Positions 62,390 through 64,000 of a stretch of DNA of 64,000 bases are shown piece after piece. The notes under the pieces were generated by a model. It was not told the origin of the DNA. It did not search any database and saw nothing but the letters and a program-made list of their open reading frames with translations. This DNA comes from Candidatus Omnitrophota bacterium. GTDB lineage: Bacteria; Omnitrophota; Gorgyraeia; 2-01-FULL-45-10. Within the stretch, counting starts at the first letter, position 1; each line of letters opens with the position of its first letter. Position numbers and translations under genes: made by a program. Location: the NCBI GenBank assembly GCA_026387175.1, contig JAPLME010000006.1:44078-108077 (forward strand), written 5' to 3'.

Positions 62390-63553
62390 CTATGATTTTA
62401 GCCGCAATTCCTTCGAGATCTCTTCTTTTACCGCATCGACAAGCCCCGAGGCAATGACCTCGTTTCCTTTCTCGGTCAGATGAACTATATCATAATAGAC
62501 TTCTTCGGAAGGGTGTTTCAAAAGTTCAGTGTGAATATCGACTGTCTTTACGGACATATCCCGCGCGATCTCGTCTATCGCGTTCCGCGTCAACGCGTGA
62601 AGATAGTAATAGATATCTTCCCTCGTCACAGGCTGTCCGGCATTCACCTTTACCCTAATGGCCTCTACCTGCTTAGGGTCGAAGTACATATCGTATCCTT
62701 TTATAACCGTTCCCTGCTTAGCCAGTATGATCCCTATGCCGTGTTCTCTGGCCTTCGCGACCAGTTCCCGCAGATTTTTCGAAAACTCCCGCATGATCTT
62801 GGCAATAAGCTCTTTGCTATACACCTTTTTCTTAAAAATACAATTCTTCTCTATTATGATCGAAAATAAGAGGCTCTTCGAATATAATAAATTGAAAAGA
62901 TGCGGAACCGCCGCAAAGTGCCTCGTGACAGGGCTAAGGTCATCCACCCTATGATAATCATTAAACGCTTCGTAGAAAGTTATCAGGTCCGGCCGGTATC
63001 TGAGAATTTCGTTCGTGAAAAGGCTCAGGATGGTTTTTGATGTGCTGCCCATATAACCGGCGTTCATAACCTCGGCCCTCACCGGCAGATCGATCGCATT
63101 CAGCTTTTTCTCGAGTATAGACGGATAATCGTTTCCGTCTTCGACCTCAAGCCCTTCCGTAGAAGACCCACCAAGGCAAAATATCCTGTAAACACCATCC
63201 GGCTTTTCTGCCGAAAATTCTTTGCCTCTAAATCCAAGACTGTTGACCGCTACCTTAAATTCCCTGGATCCATAACGCTGATTATAAACTCCCGGCTTGG
63301 ACTTGCAATATTTCGTGCCGTCAGGCATTTTAATGATCTCATGCTTTACCCTGTCATACATAACGATCTTCTCGGAAGGCCCATTATTCCCGGCACCCTG
63401 ATGCCTCACATCAAAACCATAGGAAAGATACCGTCCGGTCTTATACTTAAGAGCGAAATAGGTGCGCGCGCCAAGCTCAAGACAGGTGACAAGCAGTATT
63501 AACGGTATAAACGAAAAGATAACTATCTTCAGGGGATGCTGCTTATTTACCAT
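62390..63553 (-). CDS. SGNH/GDSL hydrolase family, membrane-anchored
   Basis: NSLGFR, LGGSST, NAG, FND, DIVH. Confidence 0.82.
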   Translation of the reverse strand: MVNKQHPLKIVIFSFIPLILLVTCLELGARTYFALKYKTGRYLSYGFDVRHQGAGNNGPSEKIVMYDRVKHEIIKMPDGTKYCKSKPGVYNQRYGSREFKVAVNSLGFRGKEFSAEKPDGVYRIFCLGGSSTEGLEVEDGNDYPSILEKKLNAIDLPVRAEVMNAGYMGSTSKTILSLFTNEILRYRPDLITFYEAFNDYHRVDDLSPVTRHFAAVPHLFNLLYSKSLLFSIIIEKNCIFKKKVYSKELIAKIMREFSKNLRELVAKAREHGIGIILAKQGTVIKGYDMYFDPKQVEAIRVKVNAGQPVTREDIYYYLHALTRNAIDEIARDMSVKTVDIHTELLKHPSEEVYYDIVHLTEKGNEVIASGLVDAVKEEISKELRLKS

Positions 63554-63564
63554 GCGTAGGCCTT

Positions 63565-63999
63565 CTATTTTTTTGTAAAATAATTTTTCGAATGCGATGC
63601 GGTCTTCAATAGCTGCATCAATCCTATATTGTCAATCCTCGATATGCCTATTGCATAGATCAGCTGGAACATCTTTTCATATAGCGCTTCCAAGGGAAGC
63701 TTTATCAAAAATTTCACCAGGCCCGCGGGAAGACGTAAGGCGACACCGAGCGCAAAGACCTTCTGGAGGTTTTGCATCTGGCGGGCCTTCTCCATCTTGA
63801 CGGGGCTCGTCATGAAATATGAGCTTTCCATATTTCCGAAATCATGGCCGCTCGACAGGTAACCGTTGCTTGAAGCGTATTCGAATATCTCCGTTCCGGG
63901 ATAGGGCTGAAGCAAAGAGCACCAGGCATACGTCGGATGGATGCGCTTGTTCAGCAAAAATGTCTTAAACGCATTCTCGATGGTCTCCCCGGGAGTTCC
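63565..63999 (-). CDS. Radical SAM protein 5, C-terminal part (5' end outside window)
   Basis: Frame is open to the window edge: GTPGETIE...LQPYPGT, matching the C-termini of the other four radical SAM proteins. Confidence 0.75.
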   Translation of the reverse strand, partial: GTPGETIENAFKTFLLNKRIHPTYAWCSLLQPYPGTEIFEYASSNGYLSSGHDFGNMESSYFMTSPVKMEKARQMQNLQKVFALGVALRLPAGLVKFLIKLPLEALYEKMFQLIYAIGISRIDNIGLMQLLKTASHSKNYFTKK

Positions 64000-64000
64000 G

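Noticed and set aside
30718-64000. Glycan locus as a mobile genomic island or antibiotic biosynthetic cluster
   Set aside because: No integrase, transposase, att repeats, PKS/NRPS or precursor peptide seen; it is continuous with housekeeping genes and contains LPS-type genes (gmhB, GT9, WaaL-like, WecA-like).

Overview
A gene-dense bacterial window in which every credible gene lies on the minus strand. The organism is a diderm, probably anaerobic; the gene style suggests Candidatus Omnitrophota/PVC, but that is an unverified inference. The first 30.7 kb is housekeeping: argC-argJ-argB-argD-(argF), rplM-rpsI, proS, ispG, rseP, dxr, cdsA, uppS, a membrane pyrophosphatase with a Na+,H+-PPase-like signature, purA, a DRE-TIM synthase resembling Dehalococcoides-type Re-citrate synthase, serA with a class-V aminotransferase, clpP, tig, lptB, an LptC/LptA-like fusion, an LpxL-like acyltransferase, gap, an unknown CBS-tailed protein, fmt, priA and a family-4 UDG. 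From 30.7 kb to the window end is a >33 kb surface-glycan/LPS locus. It holds five cobalamin-type radical SAM genes (one partial), four class-I methyltransferases, eight GT2s, GT4/GT9/GT28 and GT-C enzymes, WecA-like, WaaL-like and UbiA-type genes, and a GT-YdcF fusion. The least explained signals are non-coding. One is a two-copy, ~170-200 nt branched palindromic element (8.3 kb and 24.3 kb) whose terminal stem covaries between copies. A second ~210 nt folded element with tandem G-A helices abuts one copy. Three unrelated short repeat families also sit in frame inside coding sequences. No rRNA, tRNA, CRISPR array or transposase was found.
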